Positions 19,045-27,538 of a stretch of DNA of 64,000 nt are shown here, piece by piece. This DNA comes from Eubacteriales bacterium. GTDB taxonomy: Bacteria; Bacillota; Clostridia; Christensenellales; Aristaeellaceae. How positions within the stretch are numbered: the first letter of the stretch is position 1; each line of letters begins with the position of its first letter. The DNA lies in assembly GCA_031549415.1 (NCBI GenBank), contig JAVBPU010000014.1, positions 7,982 to 71,981 on the forward strand, read 5' to 3'. Below the pieces are notes generated by a model, which saw only the letters and a program-made list of their open reading frames with translations, was not told where the DNA came from and made no database searches. A program made the translations under genes and the position numbers.

Positions 19045-19083
19045 TTAAGAAAAACACGGAAAGACGTTTGTCTTTCCGTGTTT
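19045..19083 (-). terminator. Rho-independent terminator of the hydrogenase operon
   Basis: Minus strand: ACACGGAAAGAC-AAAC-GTCTTTCCGTGT followed by TTTTTCTT, immediately after the hydA stop. Confidence 0.8.
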
Positions 19084-19101
19084 GGGCAAGGGCGCAAACC
19101 C

Positions 19102-20856
19102 TTACTTGCTGTATTTGGGCCGCTGGGTATAGGTGGTATGCAGCAGCTTATGGGCCTTATGGCTGTTGGGTTTGTCCAGGAAATCCTCGTAAATCTTTTT
19201 GATCTGCGGGTTTTCATGGCTCTTGCGGATGGTCTTGGCCTCGTCCTCTTGATAAAGGGCCTTGGCGCGCTCCACCCGGATGTCCGTAAAGGAGCGGATG
19301 GAAGAAGGCACAATGGGCTGGCCGCCGCCATTGACGCAGCCACCAGGGCAGCCCATCACCTCAATGAAATGATAGCTCTTTTCCCCGCTCTTCACAGCGT
19401 CCAGCAGCTTGGCCGCCTGGCTTGTGCTGTGGGCTACGGCCACATTCACATCCAGATCGCCAATTTTCACCGTGGCTTCCTTGATGCCTTCCACGCCCCG
19501 TACCGCGCTAAAGTTCACATCTTCCAGCGCCTTGCCGGTCATCACCTCGTAGGCGGTGCGAAGGGCCGCTTCCATCACCCCGCCGGTGGCGCCAAAGATG
19601 ACGCTGGCGCCGGAGCTTTCCCCCAGCAAATCATCAAAGGCTTCGTCTTGCAAATTGGCGAAATCAATGCCCGCTTCCTTGATCATCTTCGCCAGCTCCC
19701 GGGTGGTGATGACCGAGTCCACGTCCGCATAGCCAGTGCCGCTGAGCTCCGGGCGCTTGGCCTCAAACTTCTTGGCGGTACAGGGCATCACGGAAACCAC
19801 CACGATGTCCTTGGGATGCAGCTTCGCTTTTTCCGCGTAATAGCTTTTGATCATGGCTCCTTCCATCTCGTGGGGGGACTTGCAGGAGCTGAGGTTGGGC
19901 AGGAATTCGGGATAATAATGCTCGCAGTACTTGATCCAGCCGGGGGAGCAACTGGTGATCATGGGCAGCACGCCGCCGTTGTTCACCCGGTCCACCAGCT
20001 CGGTGGCCTCTTCCATGATGGTGAGGTCCGCCGCGAAGTCGGTGTCAAACACCTTGTCAAAGCCCAAACGGCGCAGGGCCGCCACCATTTTGCCGGTCAC
20101 GCTGGTGCCCATGGGCATGCCAAATTCCTCACCCAGGGCGGCACGCACCGCCGGGGCGGGCTGCACCACCACATGCTTGGCAGGATTGGCCAAGGCCGCC
20201 CATACCACGTCGGTTTCGTCCTTTTCCCGCAGCGCGCCCACAGGGCAGACGGTGATGCACTGGCCGCAGTTCACGCAGGCCATCTCGTTCAGCTTCATGT
20301 CCCAGGGGGATTCGATGGCGGTTTTGAACCCACGGTTCACAGCGCCGATGACGCCCACCTTCTGCAAATTGCTGCAAGCGCCCACACAACGGCGGCACAG
20401 CACGCATTTGTTGTTGTCCCGGACAATGGACGGCGACAGGTCATCCACATCATAATGGTTCATTTCGCCTTCAAAGCGGCTGCCGCTCTCCACACCCAGG
20501 TCCAGGCACAGCTTTTGCAGCTCGCAGTTTTGGCTGCGCACGCAGGTCAGGCATTTTTTATCATGGTTGCTTAAAATGAGTTCCAGGTTGACCCGGCGGG
20601 CTTCCCGGACCTCGGGGGTGTTGGTCTTGACCACCATGCCCTGAGCCACAGGCAGCACGCAGGCCGCCTGCAGGGAGCGGGCGCCGCTGTCCACCACGCA
20701 GATGCGGCAGTTGCCCGTCTCGTTGACGTCCCGCAGATAACAAAGGGTGGGAATCTTCACATTGGCGTTCCGCGCAGCCTCCAGCACCGTGGTACCGGCA
20801 GGGACCTCCACCTTCACGCCATCAATGGTCAGCTGAATCATCTGTTCCATATTCAA
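19102..20856 (-). CDS. hydA: [FeFe] hydrogenase catalytic subunit (HydA/HndD type, group A multimeric)
   Basis: N-terminal 2Fe-2S and 4Fe-4S ferredoxin-like domains. H-cluster motifs TSCSPGW (note Ser in place of the second Cys), MPCTAKKFE and EVMGCPGGCVNGGGQP. Confidence 0.9.
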   Translation of the reverse strand: MNMEQMIQLTIDGVKVEVPAGTTVLEAARNANVKIPTLCYLRDVNETGNCRICVVDSGARSLQAACVLPVAQGMVVKTNTPEVREARRVNLELILSNHDKKCLTCVRSQNCELQKLCLDLGVESGSRFEGEMNHYDVDDLSPSIVRDNNKCVLCRRCVGACSNLQKVGVIGAVNRGFKTAIESPWDMKLNEMACVNCGQCITVCPVGALREKDETDVVWAALANPAKHVVVQPAPAVRAALGEEFGMPMGTSVTGKMVAALRRLGFDKVFDTDFAADLTIMEEATELVDRVNNGGVLPMITSCSPGWIKYCEHYYPEFLPNLSSCKSPHEMEGAMIKSYYAEKAKLHPKDIVVVSVMPCTAKKFEAKRPELSGTGYADVDSVITTRELAKMIKEAGIDFANLQDEAFDDLLGESSGASVIFGATGGVMEAALRTAYEVMTGKALEDVNFSAVRGVEGIKEATVKIGDLDVNVAVAHSTSQAAKLLDAVKSGEKSYHFIEVMGCPGGCVNGGGQPIVPSSIRSFTDIRVERAKALYQEDEAKTIRKSHENPQIKKIYEDFLDKPNSHKAHKLLHTTYTQRPKYSK

Positions 20857-20879
20857 TCCTCCTTGCTTGCGTGAAGCAG

Positions 20880-22673
20880 TTAGTTCTTAATGATTGCGCC
20901 AAAGCGGCACTTTTCAATGCAGGAGCCGCACTTGATGCACTTGTCCAGGTCGATATGGTGCAATTCCTTCACTGTGCCCTTGATGGCCCCGGTGGGACAT
21001 ACCTTGGTGCATGCGGTGCAGCCACGGCACTTGTCGGTGATGAAGAAGTTCAGCAGGCTCTGGCAATGCCGGGCCGGGCAGCGCTTCTCCTTGATGTGGG
21101 CCTCGTATTCTGCCCGGAAGAACTTCAGGGTGGACAGCACCGGGTTGGGCGCCGTCTGCCCCAGGCCGCACAACGCGGTGGCCTTGATGTTCTTGGCCAG
21201 GGTTTCCAGCTTCTCAATATCGTCTTCCTCGCCCTTGCCTTCCACAATGCGCTCCAGGATTTCCAGCATGCGCTTGGTACCGATACGACAGGGTGTGCAT
21301 TTCCCGCAGCTTTCATCCACGGTGAAGTCCAGGAAGAAACGGGCGATGTCCACCATGCAGTTGTCCTCGTCCATGACGATCATACCGCCGGAGCCCATCA
21401 TAGAGCCGATTTCCAGCAAGGTGTCATACTCGATGGAGATATCCAAATGCTCTGCGGGGATGCAACCGCCGGAGGGACCGCCGGTCTGCACGGCCTTGAA
21501 CTTCTTGCCGCCAGGGATGCCGCCGCCGATGTCATAGATGATCTCGCGCAGGGGCGTGCCCATGGGCACCTCCACCAGGCCGGTGTTGTTGATTTTTCCG
21601 CCCAGGGCAAACACCTTGGTGCCCTTGCTGCGCTCCGTACCAATGCTGGCGAACCAATCCGCGCCATTTAAGATGATCTGGGGCACGTTGGCATAGGTTT
21701 CCACGTTGTTGAGCATAGTGGGTTTGCCAAAGAGGCCCTTCACCGCCGGGAAAGGAGGCCGGGGGCGGGGCTCGCCACGGAACCCTTCGATGGAAGCCAT
21801 CAGCGCGGTTTCCTCGCCGCACACAAAAGCGCCAGCGCCCAGGCGGATGAACAGGTCAAAGTTGAAATCCGTGCCAAAAATGCCTTTGCCCAGCAGCCCG
21901 TATTCGTGGGCCTGTTCAATGGCGATTTGCAGCCGCTTCACCGCAATGGGATACTCCGCGCGCACGTACACGTAGCCCTCGCTGGCCCCAATGGCATAGC
22001 CCGCAATGGCCATGGCTTCAATCAAGGCATGGGGGTCGCCTTCCAGCACGGAACGGTCCATGAACGCGCCTGGGTCCCCCTCGTCCGCGTTGCAGGCCAC
22101 ATACTTCTGGTCCGCCTGGGAGTTGTAGGTAAACTTCCATTTGAGGCCGGTGGAGAACCCGCCGCCGCCACGGCCACGCAGGCCGGACTTCAAAATTTCG
22201 TCTATGACCTGCTCACGGCTCATTTCCGTCAGGGCCTTGCCCAGCGCCTTGTATCCGTCAAAGGCGATGTACTCGTCAATGTTCTCCGGATCAATCACGC
22301 CGCAATTGCGCAGCGCAATGCGCTTTTGCTTTTTATAGAACTCGATGTTGTCCAGGGACATTTCATCGCTTCCCACCTGGCTCTTGTCCTTATACACCAG
22401 GTGGTGAACGATACGGCCCTTTAAGAGATGCTCCGCCACAATCACGTCCACGTCTTCCGGCGTGATGCGGGAGTAGAAGGTGCCTTCCGGGTACACGATG
22501 ACCACCGGCCCCGCTTCGCAAAGGCCAAAGCAGCCGGTGCGGACCACCTTGACTTCCCTGTCCAGGCTGTTCAGGGCAATCTGCTCCTCAAAGCGTTTGA
22601 TGAGCTCCCCGGAGCCGGACGAGGTGCAGCCAGTACCACCGCAGACCAGCACGTGTGCGCGATAGAGTTCCAT
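20880..22673 (-). CDS. hydB: NuoF-like flavoprotein subunit of the hydrogenase (HydB/HndC type)
   Basis: Thioredoxin-like 2Fe-2S N-terminus (VLVCGGTGC). FMN/NADH site GRGGGGFSTGLKW. C-terminal 2x[4Fe-4S] (CRGCTACTKVCP, CIKCGSCIEKC). Confidence 0.9.
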   Translation of the reverse strand: MELYRAHVLVCGGTGCTSSGSGELIKRFEEQIALNSLDREVKVVRTGCFGLCEAGPVVIVYPEGTFYSRITPEDVDVIVAEHLLKGRIVHHLVYKDKSQVGSDEMSLDNIEFYKKQKRIALRNCGVIDPENIDEYIAFDGYKALGKALTEMSREQVIDEILKSGLRGRGGGGFSTGLKWKFTYNSQADQKYVACNADEGDPGAFMDRSVLEGDPHALIEAMAIAGYAIGASEGYVYVRAEYPIAVKRLQIAIEQAHEYGLLGKGIFGTDFNFDLFIRLGAGAFVCGEETALMASIEGFRGEPRPRPPFPAVKGLFGKPTMLNNVETYANVPQIILNGADWFASIGTERSKGTKVFALGGKINNTGLVEVPMGTPLREIIYDIGGGIPGGKKFKAVQTGGPSGGCIPAEHLDISIEYDTLLEIGSMMGSGGMIVMDEDNCMVDIARFFLDFTVDESCGKCTPCRIGTKRMLEILERIVEGKGEEDDIEKLETLAKNIKATALCGLGQTAPNPVLSTLKFFRAEYEAHIKEKRCPARHCQSLLNFFITDKCRGCTACTKVCPTGAIKGTVKELHHIDLDKCIKCGSCIEKCRFGAIIKN

Positions 22674-22698
22674 GGGATTCCCTCCTCAAAAACAGCGA

Positions 22699-23073
22699 TT
22701 ATTTGTCTTCCGCGGCGCCAATGGTATACTCCGCCACTGGGTTCCCATTGACGATGTGCTCCACCACAATCCGGGGCACCATGTCGGGCGTCAGCTTCAC
22801 ATAGGTCACCTTTTCCTTGCCGGGCATCATCACATCCACCATGGGCTCCAGGCGGCACATGCCGATGCAGCCCGTCTGCGATACGGTGACGTTTTGCAGC
22901 TTCCGCTTGTTCATCTCTTCCAAAAAGGCCATCATCACAGGCCGTGCGCCCGCCGCAATGCCGCAGGTGGCCATGCCCACCACCACACGGATGCCGTCCT
23001 CCGCATCCTTGCGCATGGATACCTTGTCCAATGTCTTTTGGCGAATGGCTTCCAGTTCCGCTAATGATTTCAT
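22699..23073 (-). CDS. Thioredoxin-like [2Fe-2S] ferredoxin (HndB-like)
   Basis: 124 aa with VVVGMATCGIAAGA...QTGCIGMCRLEP. Confidence 0.8.
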   Translation of the reverse strand: MKSLAELEAIRQKTLDKVSMRKDAEDGIRVVVGMATCGIAAGARPVMMAFLEEMNKRKLQNVTVSQTGCIGMCRLEPMVDVMMPGKEKVTYVKLTPDMVPRIVVEHIVNGNPVAEYTIGAAEDK

Positions 23074-23624
23074 GGTTGTCCCTCCAAAATCGGTTTGAAT
23101 TCTTCATTGATGGATTCCCGGATCCACTGCGCCACATCCGGTTCGTTCAGCGGTACCCCGGCCAGCGTCTGGCGCAACTGCCGTGTGTCAAAGCTGGCTT
23201 CCAGCGCCTGCGAAGTGGCCTCAAACAAGAAATCCGGTTTGTCTGGGTTGAGCAGCACCAGGGTAAACAGCGTGTCGCACATCCCGCCCATGGGAAGGCA
23301 ATCAATGTTCCGCAGGTCAAAGGTGGCCCACAGCGTGGTTCCCTTCCCCACCTCGCTTTGGATCTGAAACGCGCCTCCGCTCATCTCCGCGCTTTGCTTG
23401 AACATGGGGATGCCCAGGCCCACTTTGCGGGTGGTGCGGGTGGTGGTAAAGGGGTCCGTCACCTTGGCCAAAAGCTCTGGCGGCATGCCGCATCCATCAT
23501 CCTGAACGGTCAGGGTCAGCCGCTGGCTATCATCTATCCCAAAGGTGATGGCCAGCAAACCGGCCCCAGCCTTGATGCTGTTTTGGGCAATGTCCAACAC
23601 ATGCATCGACAAATCCCGCATCAT
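23070..23624 (-). CDS. Stand-alone GHKL/HATPase_c ATP-binding protein embedded in the hydrogenase operon
   Basis: N-box HVLDIAQNSIKAG, G1 DDGCGMPPE, G2 KVGLGIPMF...EVGKGTT. No DHp/HisKA domain. ATGA-type overlaps with both neighbours. Confidence 0.75.
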   Translation of the reverse strand: MMRDLSMHVLDIAQNSIKAGAGLLAITFGIDDSQRLTLTVQDDGCGMPPELLAKVTDPFTTTRTTRKVGLGIPMFKQSAEMSGGAFQIQSEVGKGTTLWATFDLRNIDCLPMGGMCDTLFTLVLLNPDKPDFLFEATSQALEASFDTRQLRQTLAGVPLNEPDVAQWIRESINEEFKPILEGQP

Positions 23625-24100
23625 GCCTTGCTTTTCACCTTGTACTTTTCTAAAATCTCCGGAATCTCATCCTCGGTGAGGCGGCCATACACATCCTCAT
23701 TGATCATCATCACGGGGGCCAGGCCGCATGCGCCCAGGCAGCGGGTGGCTTCCACGGTAAACAACTGGTCCGGTGTGGTTTTGCCGGCAGGAATGTCCAA
23801 TTCCTTGCACAGGCGATCCAACACCTTTTGCGAGCCCTTCACATAGCAGGCCGTTCCCAGACAAACGCCACATACATACTTGCCCTTGGGCTCCAACGAG
23901 AACTGCGAGTAGAACGTCGCAACGCCGTACACTTCGCTGAGGGTGGTGCCCAACTGGTCCGCGATCATTTTCTGAACATCCAGGGGAACGCAGCCAAAAA
24001 CGCCCTGTGCCTCTTGCAGCACCGGCATCAGTGCGCCTTTTTGTCCCTTGTGCGCATCAATGAACCTTTGCAGCTTCTCATACTTTTCATTGTGTGACAT
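23621..24100 (-). CDS. hydC: NuoE-like [2Fe-2S] subunit of the hydrogenase (HydC/HndA type)
   Basis: CLGTACYVKG...CLGACGLAPVMMIN motif. The ATG at 24100 has SD GAGGAGG upstream. The track start at 24121 is a TTG inside that SD. Confidence 0.88.
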   Translation of the reverse strand: MSHNEKYEKLQRFIDAHKGQKGALMPVLQEAQGVFGCVPLDVQKMIADQLGTTLSEVYGVATFYSQFSLEPKGKYVCGVCLGTACYVKGSQKVLDRLCKELDIPAGKTTPDQLFTVEATRCLGACGLAPVMMINEDVYGRLTEDEIPEILEKYKVKSKA

Positions 24101-24160
24101 GCTTGCCTGAGACCTCCTCAATCCTTTTCCGACATCTGCTGCTGCCTGGCGGCAAACACA

Positions 24161-24178
24161 GCGTTAATATATTAACAC
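24161..24178. promoter_or_regulatory. Rex-type operator overlapping an extended -10 element of the hydrogenase structural operon
   Basis: GCGTTAATATATTAACAC contains the perfect 14-bp palindrome GTTAATATATTAAC. It matches 11 of the 14 defined positions of TTGTTAANNNNTTAACAA. On the minus strand TGT-TAATAT (24177..24169) is an extended -10. Confidence 0.5.
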
Positions 24179-24207
24179 AGGAAGAAGAGAATTGCACGCA
24201 AAAATAG

Positions 24208-24231
24208 CGTCAAACTGATAAAAATTTGACG
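24208..24231 (-). terminator. Weak AT-rich hairpin after the PHP gene
   Basis: CGTCAAA-N10-TTTGACG, followed on the minus strand by CTATTTTTG. It may partly insulate the accessory genes from hydCBA. Confidence 0.3.
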
Positions 24232-24294
24232 ATTTTTTATGGGAATTCCAAAACCATTGGCTCCATTCGGTTTTGGTATCAATGACACCTATTT

Positions 24295-24999
24295 TTATGA
24301 AAATGCGGCTTCCAGCTTGAGCAAAACCCCCCTGGCGGTGGCTTCCCCCACCTCCAGGGCAAACACCCGCTCCTGGATGCTTTCCAGGCGGTGCGCATCC
24401 GAAGAGTGCAGGATCAACCGGCCTTTTGTGGCATAGGCGGGGCAGGCCAGCCCCAGGGAAACTTCCACCACCGGGTGCTCCGGCAGCATGGGCATCAGGC
24501 CCAAAGCGCCAATCATGCCATTGCTGCCCCGGTTGATATGGGCCGGAACAGGAATGCCGTGATGGTGGCGGATCAACGCGCAAAGCTGTTCCACGCTGAA
24601 ATCCGTGGCGTTGACCAGCAGCCTCGGCTCCTCTCGCAAAACGGTATCGTCTTCCCCCATCACCAGCTGCCTGCCAAACAAATCCGGCTGGTTTTCCACT
24701 TCCGGCAAATGGTCGTCTATGATCTTGGCAAAGGCCAACGCCTCTTCCAGGGTATAAAAATAGGCCAAAATATGCACGTCTTCCTTGCTGGTCACTTCCA
24801 ACCCGGGAATGACCTCCATGGAAAGGGCTTGAGCGGCCTCCATCACCTGGGGCAGGTTCAAAGCGCTGTTATGATCTGTTACGGCAATCACATCCAGGCC
24901 TTTCAGCTTGGCCATCCCCACCATGTTATAGGGGGTCATGTCGTCCTCCGCGCAGGGGGACAGACAGCTATGCAGATGCAGGTCCGTATAGGCGAGCAT
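24295..24999 (-). CDS. PHP-domain phosphoesterase
   Basis: MLAYTDLHLHSCLSPCAEDDM...VIAVTDHNS carries the PHP metal-binding His/Asp motifs. Confidence 0.8.
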   Translation of the reverse strand: MLAYTDLHLHSCLSPCAEDDMTPYNMVGMAKLKGLDVIAVTDHNSALNLPQVMEAAQALSMEVIPGLEVTSKEDVHILAYFYTLEEALAFAKIIDDHLPEVENQPDLFGRQLVMGEDDTVLREEPRLLVNATDFSVEQLCALIRHHHGIPVPAHINRGSNGMIGALGLMPMLPEHPVVEVSLGLACPAYATKGRLILHSSDAHRLESIQERVFALEVGEATARGVLLKLEAAFS

Positions 25000-25001
25000 G
25001 G

Positions 25002-25349
25002 TTATTCCGCTGGCGGCAGCACGCCGGCCTTTGCCATCAGCCCGCTGAGCTCATAAGCGGTTTTTGCCGTGGCCAGCACCGCCAGGCCCTCTTCCCGGGC
25101 TTTGGCCAGCGAGGCTTCTTCAATTTCCACGCCCTCCGTGAGCAGCACGCAGGCCATTTCCATCAGCACCGCCACCGCAATAACGTTCACATGGGTTTGC
25201 ACCGTCATCCAGGCCATGCCCTGCTTCCCGTGGGCCAGCACCCAGCTTAAAAGGTCGCAAGCGTACCCACAGGTGACCTCCGCATCCAGATCCGCGCCAT
25301 CCACAAGGTTTTGGGCGTTAAGCACCTCCATCAATTGCCGGACTGTCAT
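25002..25349 (-). CDS. DRTGG-domain protein (115 aa)
   Basis: Small protein with the DRTGG-like core. Paralogous to 27170..27538 (shared pattern ...CGYACDLLSWVL / CGSDLMSDVLAFV...). Confidence 0.65.
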   Translation of the reverse strand: MTVRQLMEVLNAQNLVDGADLDAEVTCGYACDLLSWVLAHGKQGMAWMTVQTHVNVIAVAVLMEMACVLLTEGVEIEEASLAKAREEGLAVLATAKTAYELSGLMAKAGVLPPAE

Positions 25350-25358
25350 ACGCTTCTC

Positions 25359-26663
25359 CTACTCTCTGGTGGTTTTGGCCAGTTCCACCATTTTTTGGGC
25401 CATGATCTTCAGTTGGTCTTTCAAAATATGAATGCAATCCATCTTGTTGCAATACCCGCGCACAATGTCCTCCGCGAAGGTCATGCAGGTGGGGCTGCCA
25501 CAGCTGCCGCAATCATACCCGGGCAGCGTTTTCACAATTTCCTCCATCTGCTCCATTTTGCGCATGGCCTCCACAATGTCCTCGTCCAGGCGCATGACGC
25601 TGTTGGGGGAGACGGGCTTGTCCGTCTGGACGGCGTATTTGTTGAGATAAGAGGCGTTGACCTTTTCATCCGGGTGGGTCATGTCGCTGCCCTTCATCAG
25701 GGCCCTTATGGCATTGCGCGCCACATAGCCGTTTTCAAAGGTCAACGGCCCGCCCACACAGCCGCCCGTACAGGCGGAGCCTTCAAAAAAGACCAGGTCC
25801 TCCAACTTGTTGTTTTCAATTTCTTCCAGCACCCGGATCACGTTTTCAATGCCATCCACCGCCATGCTATGCTCCGGGGATACGGCAACGCTCTCCCCCC
25901 CGTTGTTGGCCCAACCCACCCCAAAGGCCGTGGCCTTGGCCAGGCCCACATCCAGGGGATAGTTCTTCATTTGGCCCGCCAGCAGGCCGTAGATCTCCAG
26001 CATGGAAATGGCCCCGTCACAGGCGGAGGTCTCATGGCCAATGGGGTTGCGGATGGCCGTCATCTTAGCGGCGCAGGGGGTGATGAAAAAGCAGCCCACT
26101 TCCTCCTGGGGCACGCTATGCTTTTGGCAGAATTCCCGCTTGGCCACCATGGCGGCCAGCTCCATGGGCTGACGGATATCAATCAGATGAGAGATCAGCT
26201 CCGGAAAGCGCACTTGAATCAGCCGGGTGATGGCAGGGCAGGCCGAGGAAATCACGGGAAAGCGCTGCTTGTCCATGCTGCGCATCCGCTCCCGAATGGC
26301 GCGGGTGACAATGTCCGCCCCCTGCGCCACCTCATATACATCGTCAAAACCCATTTTCAGCAGCCCTTCCAGCACCTGGGAGGGGCTGACCAGGTTTTTG
26401 AACTGCCCATATAAGGAGGGCGCGGGCAGGGCAATTTTATAGCGGAAGCGGTTGATGCTGGCAAGCGGGTCCGTTTGGGCATATTTGGCGTGGTAATCGC
26501 AAACGCGGATGCACTCGCCGCAGTCAATACAACGTTCATCAATGATATGGGCCCGCCCGCCCCGGACGCGGATGGCATCCGTTGGGCAGCGCTTTAAGCA
26601 ATTGGTGCAGCCCTTGCATTTGTCCTTGTCCAGCCGGACAGAGTGGTACCGTTTATCCGTCAT
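25359..26663 (-). CDS. Sensor-like [FeFe]-hydrogenase homologue: 2x[4Fe-4S] domain, H-cluster domain and C-terminal CX2CX4C Fe-S domain, with no PAS domain
   Basis: CKGCTNCLKRCP / CIDCGECIRVC. H-cluster-like motifs SSACPA, TPCAAK and GSACTGGCVGGP. C-terminal YDCGSCGSPTC. ATG at 26663 with SD GGGGAGGG. Confidence 0.8.
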   Translation of the reverse strand: MTDKRYHSVRLDKDKCKGCTNCLKRCPTDAIRVRGGRAHIIDERCIDCGECIRVCDYHAKYAQTDPLASINRFRYKIALPAPSLYGQFKNLVSPSQVLEGLLKMGFDDVYEVAQGADIVTRAIRERMRSMDKQRFPVISSACPAITRLIQVRFPELISHLIDIRQPMELAAMVAKREFCQKHSVPQEEVGCFFITPCAAKMTAIRNPIGHETSACDGAISMLEIYGLLAGQMKNYPLDVGLAKATAFGVGWANNGGESVAVSPEHSMAVDGIENVIRVLEEIENNKLEDLVFFEGSACTGGCVGGPLTFENGYVARNAIRALMKGSDMTHPDEKVNASYLNKYAVQTDKPVSPNSVMRLDEDIVEAMRKMEQMEEIVKTLPGYDCGSCGSPTCMTFAEDIVRGYCNKMDCIHILKDQLKIMAQKMVELAKTTRE

Positions 26664-26701
26664 GGCAAACCCTCCCCGCTTTGGGCTTTTCATCCATCGG
26701 G

Positions 26702-27133
26702 CTATTGCGCAGGTTGCAGGCGAAAACGCATTTCAATGGTGGTGCCCTTGCCCACTTCGCTTTGGATGGCAAAGCCGTCCGCGTTGCGCTTCATGTTGGG
26801 AAGTCCCATGCCCGCGCCAAAGCCCAATCCCCTAGCCTCCTCGCTGGCGGTGGAAAAGCCCTCTTCCATGGCCTTGTCCACATTGGGAATTCCGGGCCCG
26901 ATGTCCTTGGAAACCAGCAGTAGCTCCGTGGGGGTCATCTCCGCGGTCAACGTCCCGCCCATGGTATGGATGATCAGGTTCAGCTCCACTTCATAGCTGG
27001 CCACAGCGATGCGCCGCAAAATGGCGCTGTCAACGCCCAGCTGTTTCAGCTTCCGCTTGATGGTGGCGGAGGCTTCCCCCGCCGAGCCAAAGTCGCCCGC
27101 CGTGATCTTGTATGTATCGGTCATTGTGCTCAT
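26702..27133 (-). CDS. SpoIIAB/RsbW-like anti-sigma-type Ser/Thr kinase (HATPase_c only, 143 aa)
   Basis: N-box ASYEVELNLIIH, G1 KDIGPGIPN, G2 GLGFGAGMGLPNM, EVGKGTT. Confidence 0.75.
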   Translation of the reverse strand: MSTMTDTYKITAGDFGSAGEASATIKRKLKQLGVDSAILRRIAVASYEVELNLIIHTMGGTLTAEMTPTELLLVSKDIGPGIPNVDKAMEEGFSTASEEARGLGFGAGMGLPNMKRNADGFAIQSEVGKGTTIEMRFRLQPAQ

Positions 27134-27169
27134 CGTCCGTATCTCTCTTTCGCAGATCAGGCCGCAACG

Positions 27170-27538
27170 CTAAGCCCCTGTTTTCTTTTCCGTACCCCGG
27201 ATGCCTGCCTGGTACAAAAGCCCGCAGGTGGTGTAGGTGGTGTGCTTTGTGGTCATCACCACAATGCCCAATTCCTCTGCCTCGTCCAAAACCTCCTGCC
27301 CCGGCACCTTGCCCCGGGCAAAAACGATGCAATGAATGTCCAGCATTTCCGCCGTGCGCATCACATGGATGTTGGTCAGCCCCGTGATCAAAATGGTTTT
27401 ATCCTTCACAAAGGCCAGCACATCGCTCATCAAATCGGACCCGCAGGCCGTTTTCACCTCCTGGCCCAGCTTGTCCCCGCCAAGCAAAACCCGGGCGTCT
27501 AGTACCGCTACCACTTCTGCTATGGTCACCCTTCTCAC
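27170..27538 (-). CDS. DRTGG-domain protein (about 120 aa)
   Basis: DKTILITGLTNIHVMRTAEMLDIHCIVFARG core. The GTG start overlaps the stop of the SPOR gene (GTGA). An alternative GTG lies 9 nt downstream. Confidence 0.65.
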   Translation of the reverse strand: MRRVTIAEVVAVLDARVLLGGDKLGQEVKTACGSDLMSDVLAFVKDKTILITGLTNIHVMRTAEMLDIHCIVFARGKVPGQEVLDEAEELGIVVMTTKHTTYTTCGLLYQAGIRGTEKKTGA

